Positions 10,159 through 18,422 of a stretch of 64,000 bases of DNA are shown here, piece by piece. Made by a program: the position numbers and the translations under genes. Position 1 is the stretch's first letter. Every line of letters begins with the position of its first letter. The notes beneath the pieces are model-generated. The model was not told where the DNA came from. It ran no database searches and was given only the letters and a program-made list of their open reading frames with translations. The stretch comes from an archaeon (GTDB lineage Archaea > Nanobdellota > Nanobdellia > SCGC-AAA011-G17 > GW2011-AR17). The stretch covers positions 28,080 through 92,079 of the forward strand of contig JABHZQ010000012.1 of the NCBI GenBank assembly GCA_018656555.1, read 5' to 3'.

Positions 10159-11145
10159 ATGAATGGATTAAAATATGAAGATATTCTAGCAAAAATAGAA
10201 AAAGAGAAAGGTTTGTCTAAGACTGAAGTTGAAGATAAGATTAAAGAGAAACTAAAACAGTTATCAGATCTTATTTCTAAAGAGGGTGCAGCCCATATTA
10301 TAGCTAATGAATTAGGTGTTAAGTTATTTGATGTAGGCATTAAGAAAGCTAAAGTTAACCAATTGAATACTATGTTAAAAGGTGTGGAATTGGTGGGGAA
10401 GGTTATTAATATTTATGAGATAAGAGAATTTAAAGTTGCTGCCAGAGAAGGGAGAGTTGTTAATATGTTGGTGGGGGATGAGACGGGTTCTTGTAGATTG
10501 GTTTTATGGGATGAAAAACAGATCAAAGAAGTTGAGGAAGGAAAGCTTAAGGTTGGAGATGTTGTAAGAGTTAGTAATTGTTATGTTAAAGAAAATAATA
10601 GAGGTTATATGGAACTTCATATGGGTAAGAATGGTGAATGGGTGATAAATCCAGAAGGGGAAAGTATTGAAGTAAAAAGTTTTTCTGAGGCTGAAAGGAA
10701 AAATATTAAAGATTTGAAAGAGAATGATAATGCTACACTTGTAGGTACATTAGTTCAAGTTTTTGAACCTAGATTCTATGATTCTTGTCCAGAATGTAGT
10801 AAGAAAGTAGAATACAAGGATGATGGATTTTATTGTGCGGCACATGGCAAGGTGGAGAGTAAACCCCAAGGAGTTTTGAATCTTGTTTTTGATGATGGTA
10901 CAGATAATATTAGAATTGTGTGCTTTAGAGATAATGTTAACAAAGTTCTTGAAGTTGAGGATGTTGTTGATTTGAAAGAAAATCATGAGAAGTTCAATGA
11001 AATCCAAAGAAAAGTAGCAGGTAGACAATTAGAAATTTCTGGAAGAGTTACTAAAAATGATTTCTTTGATAGATTAGAGATGGTTGCAAATTCTGTTAAG
11101 GAAGCAAATCCAAAGGCTTTAGCTATGGAGTTAAAGGAAAATTGA
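10159..11145 (+). CDS. rpa: Replication protein A (archaeal RPA/SSB, OB fold plus C-terminal Zn ribbon)
   Basis: N-terminus '…LSKTEVEDKIKEKLKQLSDLISKEGAAHIIANELGV' is typical of archaeal RPA. An OB fold 'RVVNMLVGDETGSCRLVLWDEK' follows, then a Zn ribbon 'CPECSKK…YCAAHGK'. The ORF track begins at an upstream TTG; the first ATG is at 10159. Confidence 0.65.
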   Translation: MNGLKYEDILAKIEKEKGLSKTEVEDKIKEKLKQLSDLISKEGAAHIIANELGVKLFDVGIKKAKVNQLNTMLKGVELVGKVINIYEIREFKVAAREGRVVNMLVGDETGSCRLVLWDEKQIKEVEEGKLKVGDVVRVSNCYVKENNRGYMELHMGKNGEWVINPEGESIEVKSFSEAERKNIKDLKENDNATLVGTLVQVFEPRFYDSCPECSKKVEYKDDGFYCAAHGKVESKPQGVLNLVFDDGTDNIRIVCFRDNVNKVLEVEDVVDLKENHEKFNEIQRKVAGRQLEISGRVTKNDFFDRLEMVANSVKEANPKALAMELKEN

Positions 11146-11166
11146 AAAGTATAGAAAAAGTTTAAA

Positions 11167-12429
11167 TTAAGATGTGATTTCTATTTCTCCATAAGTATAA
11201 TCTTCGTGGATATCTAGATTATACATTGTTTGGTAATCTAATGGAATTATTGATACTCCGTTGTTATTCCCCCCATTAGCAGAGAATAAATAACTATTTT
11301 GTACTGTTAATTCTCTTGATTGATATTCATCTCTAAATATGTATGCGGTTAATCCTTCAGCAGTATAGTAGGAAGGATTATCCAGAGGGTCTAGTCCTGC
11401 TAGAATATCATACATCACATCTTGATAGGGATCGGCATCAACTAAAGGAAAGACTATCAAATCACCATAGGAATTTTCTAGTTGGGTAATTGAATCATCA
11501 TCACCTAAATCTCCACAAATTACAGGTATTATTGTAAATATATTTCCATGTAAATCTATTAGATCATAAGCTTGTATTGTTGGTAATGCTTCCATTCTAA
11601 TATCTTCACATAGGGCTGGTTCTTCATTACATCCTATGTCTCCTTCTATGTAAAAGTCATAAGGTGAAGATTTTCTTTGTTTACCAATAATATCTCCATT
11701 TCTATCTAGGATCAATAAGGTATTGTAAGAAATATCATAACCATTTACTACAGATCTTTCTGCAACAGTTCCTAATACTATGTACACATGATATTGTTGT
11801 GCAAGATTTTGTATGGAACTAATATAATCTACTAATTGATCACTCTCTTGTGTTCCAATTGAAGAAATAGTGCAAGGAGTAGTTTGGCAATCTACAATAA
11901 CTGGATTATCTTGGTGAGTTTGGTCTTGATAAAATATGTACTCTGGTGTTAATATCAAATCTAATTCTTGGTGGTTTGTTAGTACTGAATCAAATTTTGC
12001 TTCTAAGTTAGTAAATGAATAATCATTATTAGATAAATTTATACCTGCTATTTTTACTAAGGGTGTTGTACATGCCCCATTTTCACAAATTGTTCCTGTT
12101 GGACAATTAGATCTATGAAATTGCATCCATTCACTGTCAAAACAGAAATATTCTACTATCTGACCTTGATAGGGTCCCCAATTTATGCACCTATCAGTAA
12201 ATGTTTTAGCCCCTGCAACTCCATATCTGCCTGAAGTTGTTCCTTGGTTTTCTAGATCTAATCCACCATCTGTTTCTATACAAAGGATGTTTTCATTCTG
12301 AATTCCATTTTTAATTAAATCAAAAATATTTAAACCAATTATTTGATTATCTGATAGACCAAATAATCCAGCCGATACTAATGGAAGAGATAATATGATT
12401 ATGAACAGAACTAAAATCTTCTTTTTCAT
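11167..12429 (-). CDS. Secreted Cys-rich protein with a C-terminal nitrilase-superfamily (CN-hydrolase) domain
   Basis: Signal peptide 'MKKKILVLFIIILSLPLVSA'; a Cys-rich N-terminal module. The C-terminal half carries an ordered E/K/C triad in nitrilase-like context ('LILTPEY', 'YNTLLILDRNGDIIGKQRKSSPYDF', 'FTIIPVICGDL'). Confidence 0.5.
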   Translation of the reverse strand: MKKKILVLFIIILSLPLVSAGLFGLSDNQIIGLNIFDLIKNGIQNENILCIETDGGLDLENQGTTSGRYGVAGAKTFTDRCINWGPYQGQIVEYFCFDSEWMQFHRSNCPTGTICENGACTTPLVKIAGINLSNNDYSFTNLEAKFDSVLTNHQELDLILTPEYIFYQDQTHQDNPVIVDCQTTPCTISSIGTQESDQLVDYISSIQNLAQQYHVYIVLGTVAERSVVNGYDISYNTLLILDRNGDIIGKQRKSSPYDFYIEGDIGCNEEPALCEDIRMEALPTIQAYDLIDLHGNIFTIIPVICGDLGDDDSITQLENSYGDLIVFPLVDADPYQDVMYDILAGLDPLDNPSYYTAEGLTAYIFRDEYQSRELTVQNSYLFSANGGNNNGVSIIPLDYQTMYNLDIHEDYTYGEIEITS

Positions 12430-12518
12430 AAGAAACTTAGTGTATTTGGGGTATATAAAATTACCTCAAGGAGTTCTGTTAAATAAAATTTATAAAGGCT
12501 TTTTCTTGAGATTGTTTT

Positions 12519-13997
12519 ATGGGACTAAAGTTTGGTACAAGTGGTTTGCGAGGACTTGTTACTGAGATGACTGATAAGGAGTGTTATGTTAACACTAAAG
12601 GATATATTAAATTTCTTGAGTCTATTAAGGGTGTTAAAGATAGAGTAGCTATTGCAGGTGATCTAAGAGAGAGTACTAGGAGAATTCTTAAGGCTGTTGC
12701 AAAAGCTATAATAGATTGTGGTTATGAGGTTATTTATTGTGGGAGAATCCCCACCCCAACTTTAACTTATTATGCTATGAAAAATAATATCCCTAGTGTT
12801 ATGGTTACTGGAAGCCATATCCCTTTTGATAGAAATGGAGTAAAGTACATTAAAATTGAAGGTGAAGTTTTGAAAGAAGATGAAAAACCGATTTTAGATT
12901 CTGTTGAAAAAGTAAGATTAGAAGAAAGTTATTTGTTTGATGAGAAGGATATGTTTAAAGAATTTGATATTAATTTAATTGAAAATAAAGATGCTAAAAA
13001 AAATTATATTGAAAGATATGTTAATTTCTTTGGAAATTGTTTAATTGGTAAAAAGATTGTATTGTATGAACATACTGCTGTGGGAAGAAATCTTATCAAG
13101 GAGTTGTTTATGGAAATGGGGGCAGAAGTTGTTTGTGAAGAAAGATCTAGTGAATTTGTTCATATTGATACTGAGAAAGTTTCAGGTATTGTTGAAGCTA
13201 AATTAAAGAACTTTTCAATGAAACATAATCCAGATGCTATTATTTCTACAGATGGAGATAGTGATAGACCCCTTCTTGCCGATGAAAATGGGAGATTTTT
13301 ACCTGGAGATAAGTTAGGAGTATTATGTTGTAAGTTTTTGAAACCAGATTTTGCTGCTATTACAGTTAGTTCTAATGATGCAGTTTGTAATTCTTTAGAA
13401 AGTATGGGAATTAAAGTTGTAAAAACTAGAATTGGTTCTCCTTATGTTATTGATGCCATGAATAAGGCTGAAGGTAAAACAGTTAGTTGGGAAGCTAATG
13501 GTGGATTTTTAACTGGTTGTGATTTTATTATTCAAGATAAAAAATTAGAAGCTCTACCCACTAGAGACGCAGTGTTACCTTTAGTTATTGCTTTGGTATT
13601 GGGTAGAAAGTTATCTGAAGTTATTGAAGAAACATTTAGAGGTTATGATTCTTACTCAGAAGCTAGTTATATTGAAAATAATGATGAAGGTTGTGAACAG
13701 TATACTGCTGAAATGGGTAAAAGGATTGTTAAGAGTTTAACCCCTCAAGGAAAAGAAGTTGATTTTAGATTGAAAGCAAGACTAGAGAGTTATTTTTCTA
13801 AAGAGATTGTAAAAGTTAATTATGTTGATGGTTTTAGAGTTTATTTTTCTGATGGTGAAGTTATTCATTTAAGGCCTTCAGGTAATGCTCCGCAATTTAG
13901 GATTTATTCTGTAGGAAGAAGTCCTGAAAGAGCAAGAGAGATTATTGAAGAGACAAAAAAGATTATACCTTTGATAATAAAAGATTTTATTAAGTAG
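12519..13997 (+). CDS. Phosphohexomutase (phosphoglucomutase/phosphomannomutase family)
   Basis: 'KFGTSGLRG' N-terminal motif, active-site loop 'TGSHIP', and 'TDGDSDR' metal-binding loop typical of alpha-D-phosphohexomutases. Confidence 0.7.
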   Translation: MGLKFGTSGLRGLVTEMTDKECYVNTKGYIKFLESIKGVKDRVAIAGDLRESTRRILKAVAKAIIDCGYEVIYCGRIPTPTLTYYAMKNNIPSVMVTGSHIPFDRNGVKYIKIEGEVLKEDEKPILDSVEKVRLEESYLFDEKDMFKEFDINLIENKDAKKNYIERYVNFFGNCLIGKKIVLYEHTAVGRNLIKELFMEMGAEVVCEERSSEFVHIDTEKVSGIVEAKLKNFSMKHNPDAIISTDGDSDRPLLADENGRFLPGDKLGVLCCKFLKPDFAAITVSSNDAVCNSLESMGIKVVKTRIGSPYVIDAMNKAEGKTVSWEANGGFLTGCDFIIQDKKLEALPTRDAVLPLVIALVLGRKLSEVIEETFRGYDSYSEASYIENNDEGCEQYTAEMGKRIVKSLTPQGKEVDFRLKARLESYFSKEIVKVNYVDGFRVYFSDGEVIHLRPSGNAPQFRIYSVGRSPERAREIIEETKKIIPLIIKDFIK

Positions 13998-14017
13998 AAA
14001 GGCATTATATAATTAAA

Positions 14018-14476
14018 ATGATGTTTAAGACCCACTTGGTGATTGCACTTTTGGTTGGTATTGTTCTAGTTCAATGGTTAAATCCAATTTATCCTTTAGT
14101 GTTTTTGGCTGTTCTTTGTTTAGCTGCAGCTTTACCGGATATAGATACTCCAAAAAGTAAAGTTGGGAAAAAAGTGGGGTTCCTTTCTAATATTTTGAAC
14201 TACACTCTGGGTCATAGAGGAGTTATGCATAGTCTTTACATACCTGCAGGATTCTTATTATTAAGCATACTCTTGGGTTTTCCATTGATAGGATATGCTT
14301 TTGCTTTTGGGTATGTAATTCATTTACTATCTGATATGCTGACTAAAGATGGTGTTCATTTACTTTACCCTTTTTTTCATGTAAAGGGTTTTATTAGTAC
14401 TGGAGGTATTTGGGAAACTGTGGTTTTCATTTTAGCTTTAGGTTTAATTGTTTTGAAAGTTAGTGCTTTCTTTTAG
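14018..14476 (+). CDS. Membrane-bound metal-dependent hydrolase (DUF457/YdjM-like)
   Basis: Small polytopic protein with conserved 'LPDIDTP' and 'HLLSD' His/Asp motifs. Confidence 0.45.
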   Translation: MMFKTHLVIALLVGIVLVQWLNPIYPLVFLAVLCLAAALPDIDTPKSKVGKKVGFLSNILNYTLGHRGVMHSLYIPAGFLLLSILLGFPLIGYAFAFGYVIHLLSDMLTKDGVHLLYPFFHVKGFISTGGIWETVVFILALGLIVLKVSAFF

Positions 14477-15015
14477 AATATATCTTGAATAAGAGGTAAC
14501 CATTTCTCTTGATGTTCATAAGCAAATACTCCTGCTGCAAATAGTAGTCCATATTTTGAGTAGTTAACAGCTCTTCTTTTTACAGATGGTTTATACTGTT
14601 GTTTTGATCTATCTCTAACTATCTTAGAAAGAGAAGCTTTTTTGTGATTTTTAGGTAAAAGGAATCTTGATTTTCTATATAATTGCTTTAATTTGGGCCC
14701 ATTTATGAGTTTTACACCATATTTATGGGCATCATGGTAGCATCTACCTTCAAAATCAGAGGTTGTCACCATTACCCTTTCTGATGGGTTAAAAGTCTCA
14801 CAAACGCCCACAAACTTCATAAAATCAGCATAGGATACAAGGGAAGAGTAGTTCTTACATTCAACAAAAGAGGGCCTAATAAGCCCATAGACTAGATCTA
14901 TCTGAGCCCTATAGCTCCCTCTCTTGTATGTTTTATTTCTCCTTACTCTTTTTTTCCCTAGATCTTTAAAGAGGTGCTCTGTGAAGATCTCTAGGGAATC
15001 TCCCTTTTTCTTCAT
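14473..15015 (-). CDS. Restriction-endonuclease (Mrr-cat, PD-(D/E)xK) domain protein with a basic C-terminal tail
   Basis: 'GDSLEIFTEHLFKDLG', 'AQIDLVYG', 'VECKNY' and 'VMVTTSDFEGRCYHDAHKYGVKLING' match the Mrr catalytic-domain pattern (D…ExK). Confidence 0.45.
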   Translation of the reverse strand: MKKKGDSLEIFTEHLFKDLGKKRVRRNKTYKRGSYRAQIDLVYGLIRPSFVECKNYSSLVSYADFMKFVGVCETFNPSERVMVTTSDFEGRCYHDAHKYGVKLINGPKLKQLYRKSRFLLPKNHKKASLSKIVRDRSKQQYKPSVKRRAVNYSKYGLLFAAGVFAYEHQEKWLPLIQDIF

Positions 15016-15100
15016 AGGAGTTATAAGAATTAAAGTTTTAAAATGAGTTTTGTAGAAAAAGCTGAAAGATTTTCAAAAAAAAATAAAAAAAAAGAAAAGT

Positions 15101-16027
15101 TTATCTTCGCACGATTAAGATCAATGCTAGGATAACAATCAATACCGCTAAGATACCGAATCCTAACTTAAGTGCTGTTGAGAAGTCTTTTGTTTCTTCT
15201 TCAGAATCAGCATCTGTTACTGTAACAGTAACTTCGCCTTCATCAGCTTCAGCACCTTCGACGTTCAATGTAATAGAGTCTGAAACAACACTATATCCAT
15301 TGTTATATGTAACAGTTACATCCAGTGTGTATGATGCTGTAGCAGCTTCATCGCCAACTTGGAAATTTAGGGTTACATCGCCTGAGGATTCTTCATCTTC
15401 GTTATCGACTTCAGGTAGGGTGTACAACTCGTCTAAGTAAGTTGCAACATCAACACCAAGCTCTGTGCTTGAAACTTCTACCTTGATATCTTCTTCTTTA
15501 TTGTCACCTTGGTTTTCTAATCTAACTGTAACTGATGCATAATCACCAGCTTCAACTGAATTGTCAACCAAAATGTCTTGAATTCTCACATCATGTCGAG
15601 CATTACTTACTCTCAATGTTGCTTCTTCTCTCACATAGTCTTCATCATCATATGCTTCCACATATAAAGTGTAGTCTTGTTCAGAGTCCATATCATTAGG
15701 TAATTCTAAGTAAAGTGTTTTCTTATAGGAAACACCATCTTCAATATCAAACATACTTGATGTAGCTTGAACAGTTGAATATTCATATCCACCTAGCCAT
15801 GTCTTAACGTTAACATCGGTTGTTTCGCCAAGACCTTCAAGGTAAACTTCAACTGCAATAGTTGCGCCTTCTTCTACGTAGACTGTGTTTGCGTATGATA
15901 AATCATCAACTTTGATATCAGTGATTTCATAGTTGGTTGATTCAGCAGCTAGTGCTGGAACGCATAACAGGCATAGTACAAACATTATTGCAAGTACAAT
16001 TTTTTTCATTTTATATTTGACCTCCAA
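15101..16027 (-). CDS. Acidic cell-surface (S-layer-like) protein with a signal peptide and a PGF-CTERM-like C-terminal anchor
   Basis: Signal peptide 'MKKIVLAIMFVLCLLCVPALA', a highly acidic Thr-rich body, and C-terminus '…TVTVTDADSEEETKDFSTALKLGFGILAVLIVILALILIVRR' (Gly-Phe, TM, then RR). Confidence 0.5.
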   Translation of the reverse strand: MEVKYKMKKIVLAIMFVLCLLCVPALAAESTNYEITDIKVDDLSYANTVYVEEGATIAVEVYLEGLGETTDVNVKTWLGGYEYSTVQATSSMFDIEDGVSYKKTLYLELPNDMDSEQDYTLYVEAYDDEDYVREEATLRVSNARHDVRIQDILVDNSVEAGDYASVTVRLENQGDNKEEDIKVEVSSTELGVDVATYLDELYTLPEVDNEDEESSGDVTLNFQVGDEAATASYTLDVTVTYNNGYSVVSDSITLNVEGAEADEGEVTVTVTDADSEEETKDFSTALKLGFGILAVLIVILALILIVRR

Positions 16028-16218
16028 ATGATCACATTTGTTACCATTTGAAAATAATAAAACCTTTATAAACCTTTCGGTGTGTTATAACTCCCGAGTG
16101 GTATTTTGTCTAAAAATGACTGTTTTTGGTCATTTTGAAGGTTTTTTAAGAAAAGTGCAATAATCTTTATAAAAAATCAAGGAATAATTAGGTTGTGACA
16201 AGGCATCTGCGCGCAGGG

Positions 16219-16226
16219 TTTATATA
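16219..16226 (+). promoter_or_regulatory. TATA-box-like element (tttatata) embedded in nested palindromes upstream of the small ORF/radA operon
   Basis: TATA-like octamer ~36 nt upstream of ATG 16262. Flanked by the perfect palindrome CTGCGCGCAG (16207-16216) and the inverted repeat AGGCAT/ATGCCT (16201-06 / 16229-34). Confidence 0.3.
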
Positions 16227-16261
16227 GCATGCCTAAGTATATAGCACAAGGAGGGATCAAA

Positions 16262-16513
16262 ATGCCAGCACCTATGAAAAGCTTTAAATCTGGAAATTTC
16301 GAAGGAAGTATCTGGAAGAATGAAAAAGACTTTGGTGAGGGAGGAGGAGTTGTAACTTTTAAGTCTGTAACAATAAGGAAGACTTGGAGAGATAATTCTA
16401 ATGTTCTTAGGGAACAAAGACTAAATCTAAGAAAGAATGATGTTGAAAAGATGATTGTTATATTAAGAAAGATCCAAGAACATTTACATCTAGAAGATAT
16501 AAAGGAGGAATAA
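16262..16513 (+). CDS. Small conserved protein translationally coupled to radA; possible PC4/YdbC-like ssDNA-binding fold
   Basis: Strong RBS 'aaggaggg' 7 nt upstream of ATG 16262; its stop lies 1 nt before the radA ATG. 'VVTFKSVTIRKTWRD…QRLNLRKNDVEKMIVILRKI' is reminiscent of PC4/YdbC. The ORF track's upstream extension is probably not translated. Confidence 0.35.
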   Translation: MPAPMKSFKSGNFEGSIWKNEKDFGEGGGVVTFKSVTIRKTWRDNSNVLREQRLNLRKNDVEKMIVILRKIQEHLHLEDIKEE

Positions 16514-16514
16514 A

Positions 16515-17468
16515 ATGACAAAAGAACTGCAAATTGAAGACCTACCAGGAGTAGGGGCTGCTACTGCTGAAAAATTGAAGGATGGTGGTTTTGATAGTTT
16601 AATGGCTATTGCTGTTGCAACACCTGGAGAGCTAATTGAAACTACTGGAATGGGTGATTCTGTTGCAAGAAAGGTGATTAATGCTGCTAGAAATAATTTA
16701 GATATGGGTTTTGCCTCAGGCGATGAACTTTTAGCTAAAAGAGCCCTAATTAAAAAAATCAGTACTGGTTGTAAGGCTTTTGATGAACTGGTCGGTGGAG
16801 GATTTGAATCTGGAGGGATTGCAGAGTGTTATGGAGCCTTTGGTTCTGGTAAGACCGCTTTAGCCCACCAATTGGCTGTAAATGCCCTGGATATTGATGA
16901 GGAAGGAGAACCCCATGCACATTCAGTCTGGATTGATTCTGAGAATACATTTAGACCTGAAAGGATTAAACAGATTGCTGAAGCTGCAGGTTATGATCCA
17001 ATTAAAATACTAAAAAATATTAAAGTGGTTAGAGCCTATAATTCTGATCACCAGATGATGTGTGCTGAAAAAGTAGAGGATTTGATTACTAAAGATGGTT
17101 TGGCTATTAACCTAATTATTGTTGATTCTTTAATGGCCCATTTTAGAGCTGAGTTTATAGGGAGAGGAACTTTAGCAGATCGGCAACAGAAATTGAACAA
17201 ACATATGCATATATTAATGAAAGTTGCTGATGTACAGAACCTATGTGTTTATGTCACTAACCAAGTTATGGCTAAACCAGATATGTTCTTTGGTGATCCT
17301 ACAGCTGCTATTGGAGGTAATATTGTAGGTCATAATTCCCAAACAAGAGTTTACTTGAGAAGAGGGAAGAAGAGCACAAGAGTGGCAAAGTTGGTAGATA
17401 GTCCCCATTTGCCAGATGGTGAGTGTTGCTTTATGATTTCTAATGAAGGAATCATAGATGTCAAATAG
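16515..17468 (+). CDS. radA: DNA repair and recombination protein RadA
   Basis: N-terminal HhH 'LEDLPGVGAATAEKLKDGGF', Walker A 'GAFGSGKT', and Walker B 'LIIVDSLMAHFRAEF'. Confidence 0.9.
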   Translation: MTKELQIEDLPGVGAATAEKLKDGGFDSLMAIAVATPGELIETTGMGDSVARKVINAARNNLDMGFASGDELLAKRALIKKISTGCKAFDELVGGGFESGGIAECYGAFGSGKTALAHQLAVNALDIDEEGEPHAHSVWIDSENTFRPERIKQIAEAAGYDPIKILKNIKVVRAYNSDHQMMCAEKVEDLITKDGLAINLIIVDSLMAHFRAEFIGRGTLADRQQKLNKHMHILMKVADVQNLCVYVTNQVMAKPDMFFGDPTAAIGGNIVGHNSQTRVYLRRGKKSTRVAKLVDSPHLPDGECCFMISNEGIIDVK

Positions 17469-17507
17469 AACAAAAGCTTTATAAATATTTTAAAGTTTTT
17501 TAGAACG

Positions 17508-17681
17508 ATGGAAAAGAAACTTAAATGTACATCTTGTAAAAAAGAATTAATCAATGATCGAGGATCTACTGTTTTTACCTGTCCTACATGTAATAAGACC
17601 CAAATTGTTAGGTGTTCACAATGTAGAAAATTAGGTACAAAATATCAATGTCCAACTTGTGAAACTGAGGGTCCTAATTAA
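17508..17681 (+). CDS. Zn-ribbon protein (COG2888-type, usually found upstream of aEF-1beta)
   Basis: 57 aa 'MEKKLKCTSCKK…FTCPTCNKT…CSQCRK…YQCPTCETEGPN' with four CxxC pairs. Not in the ORF track (<60 aa). Confidence 0.55.
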   Translation: MEKKLKCTSCKKELINDRGSTVFTCPTCNKTQIVRCSQCRKLGTKYQCPTCETEGPN

Positions 17682-17682
17682 A

Positions 17683-17955
17683 ATGGTACAAGCGGGAGTA
17701 ACAATAAAGGTAATGCCTAAAGGTGTTGAAGTTGATAGAGTAGCACTTAAAGGTAAAATGGAAGAGAAAATAAACTCAGCTTATGGCGATGTTGGTGAAA
17801 TCAGATTTGAGGAAGAACCTGTTGCTTTTGGTTTAGTTGCTTTAAAATTTACTTTTATAATTGATGAAGCAAAAGGAACTGATATGGTTGAGGATTGGGA
17901 AGTTGAAGATGCTTCAGATATCTCAGTTATTGACTTTAGAAGAGCATTAGGTTAA
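17683..17955 (+). CDS. Translation elongation factor aEF-1 beta
   Basis: 'MVQAGVTIKVMPKGVEVD…EEEPVAFGLVALKFTFIIDEAKG…' matches aEF-1beta over its full length. The first ATG is at 17683. Confidence 0.8.
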   Translation: MVQAGVTIKVMPKGVEVDRVALKGKMEEKINSAYGDVGEIRFEEEPVAFGLVALKFTFIIDEAKGTDMVEDWEVEDASDISVIDFRRALG

Positions 17956-18392
17956 TGTTTGTAAAATTCATTATCTAAATAATTCTTTATTATTTTTTTA
18001 CTTGGGAAAAACATATTATTAGGTAGATCTTCAAGTGAGAACCATTTCCATTCTGTTATTTCATCTGGTTCCATAACTTGTGGTTCTCCTTCAAATTCTT
18101 CTGTAAGGAATCCAATTGTGACAAAATGTGCATCTGGAACTCTGTCATTTGTTAAACTTATTAATTTTAGTTTTTCTTTATTTAATTTTAGACTAGTTTC
18201 TTCAAGTGTTTCTCTAAATGCAGAGTTTTCAAAGGTTTCTCCAAAATCCATCTTGCCACCAGGCATTGTCCAGGTTCCTTCTCCATGTAGTTCTGAATCT
18301 GCTTTCTCTGGATCTTAATGTCTCCTACCTAGAAGAACTTGATTACCTTTTAGAATCATTACACCAAAACCCACCCCCACTTTATTAGCCAT
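17952..18392 (-). pseudogene. Nudix hydrolase interrupted by an in-frame TAA (pseudogene, sequencing error or recoding candidate)
   Basis: The minus-strand frame reads 'MANKVGVGFGVMILKGNQVLLGRRH*DPEKADSELHGEGTWTMPGGKMDFGETFENSAFRETLEETSL…'. This is a Nudix N-terminal beta-strand and Nudix box, with a TAA at 18315-18317. The ORF track keeps only the part downstream of Met 18266. Confidence 0.45.
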
Positions 18393-18422
18393 AAGAATGA
18401 TTTGTTATTTTAATTTAAATGA

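Noticed and set aside
17952-17955. Overlapping convergent stop codons (GTTAA) of aEF-1beta and the Nudix gene as a regulatory feature
   Set aside because: It is a simple consequence of tight packing; no structure or motif is associated.
18315-18317. Genome-wide stop-codon reassignment (TAA read as sense) to explain the interrupted Nudix gene
   Set aside because: Dozens of conserved genes in the window terminate at TAA exactly where their families end (for example aEF-1beta, radA and the r-proteins), so TAA is a functional stop here. The interruption is local.
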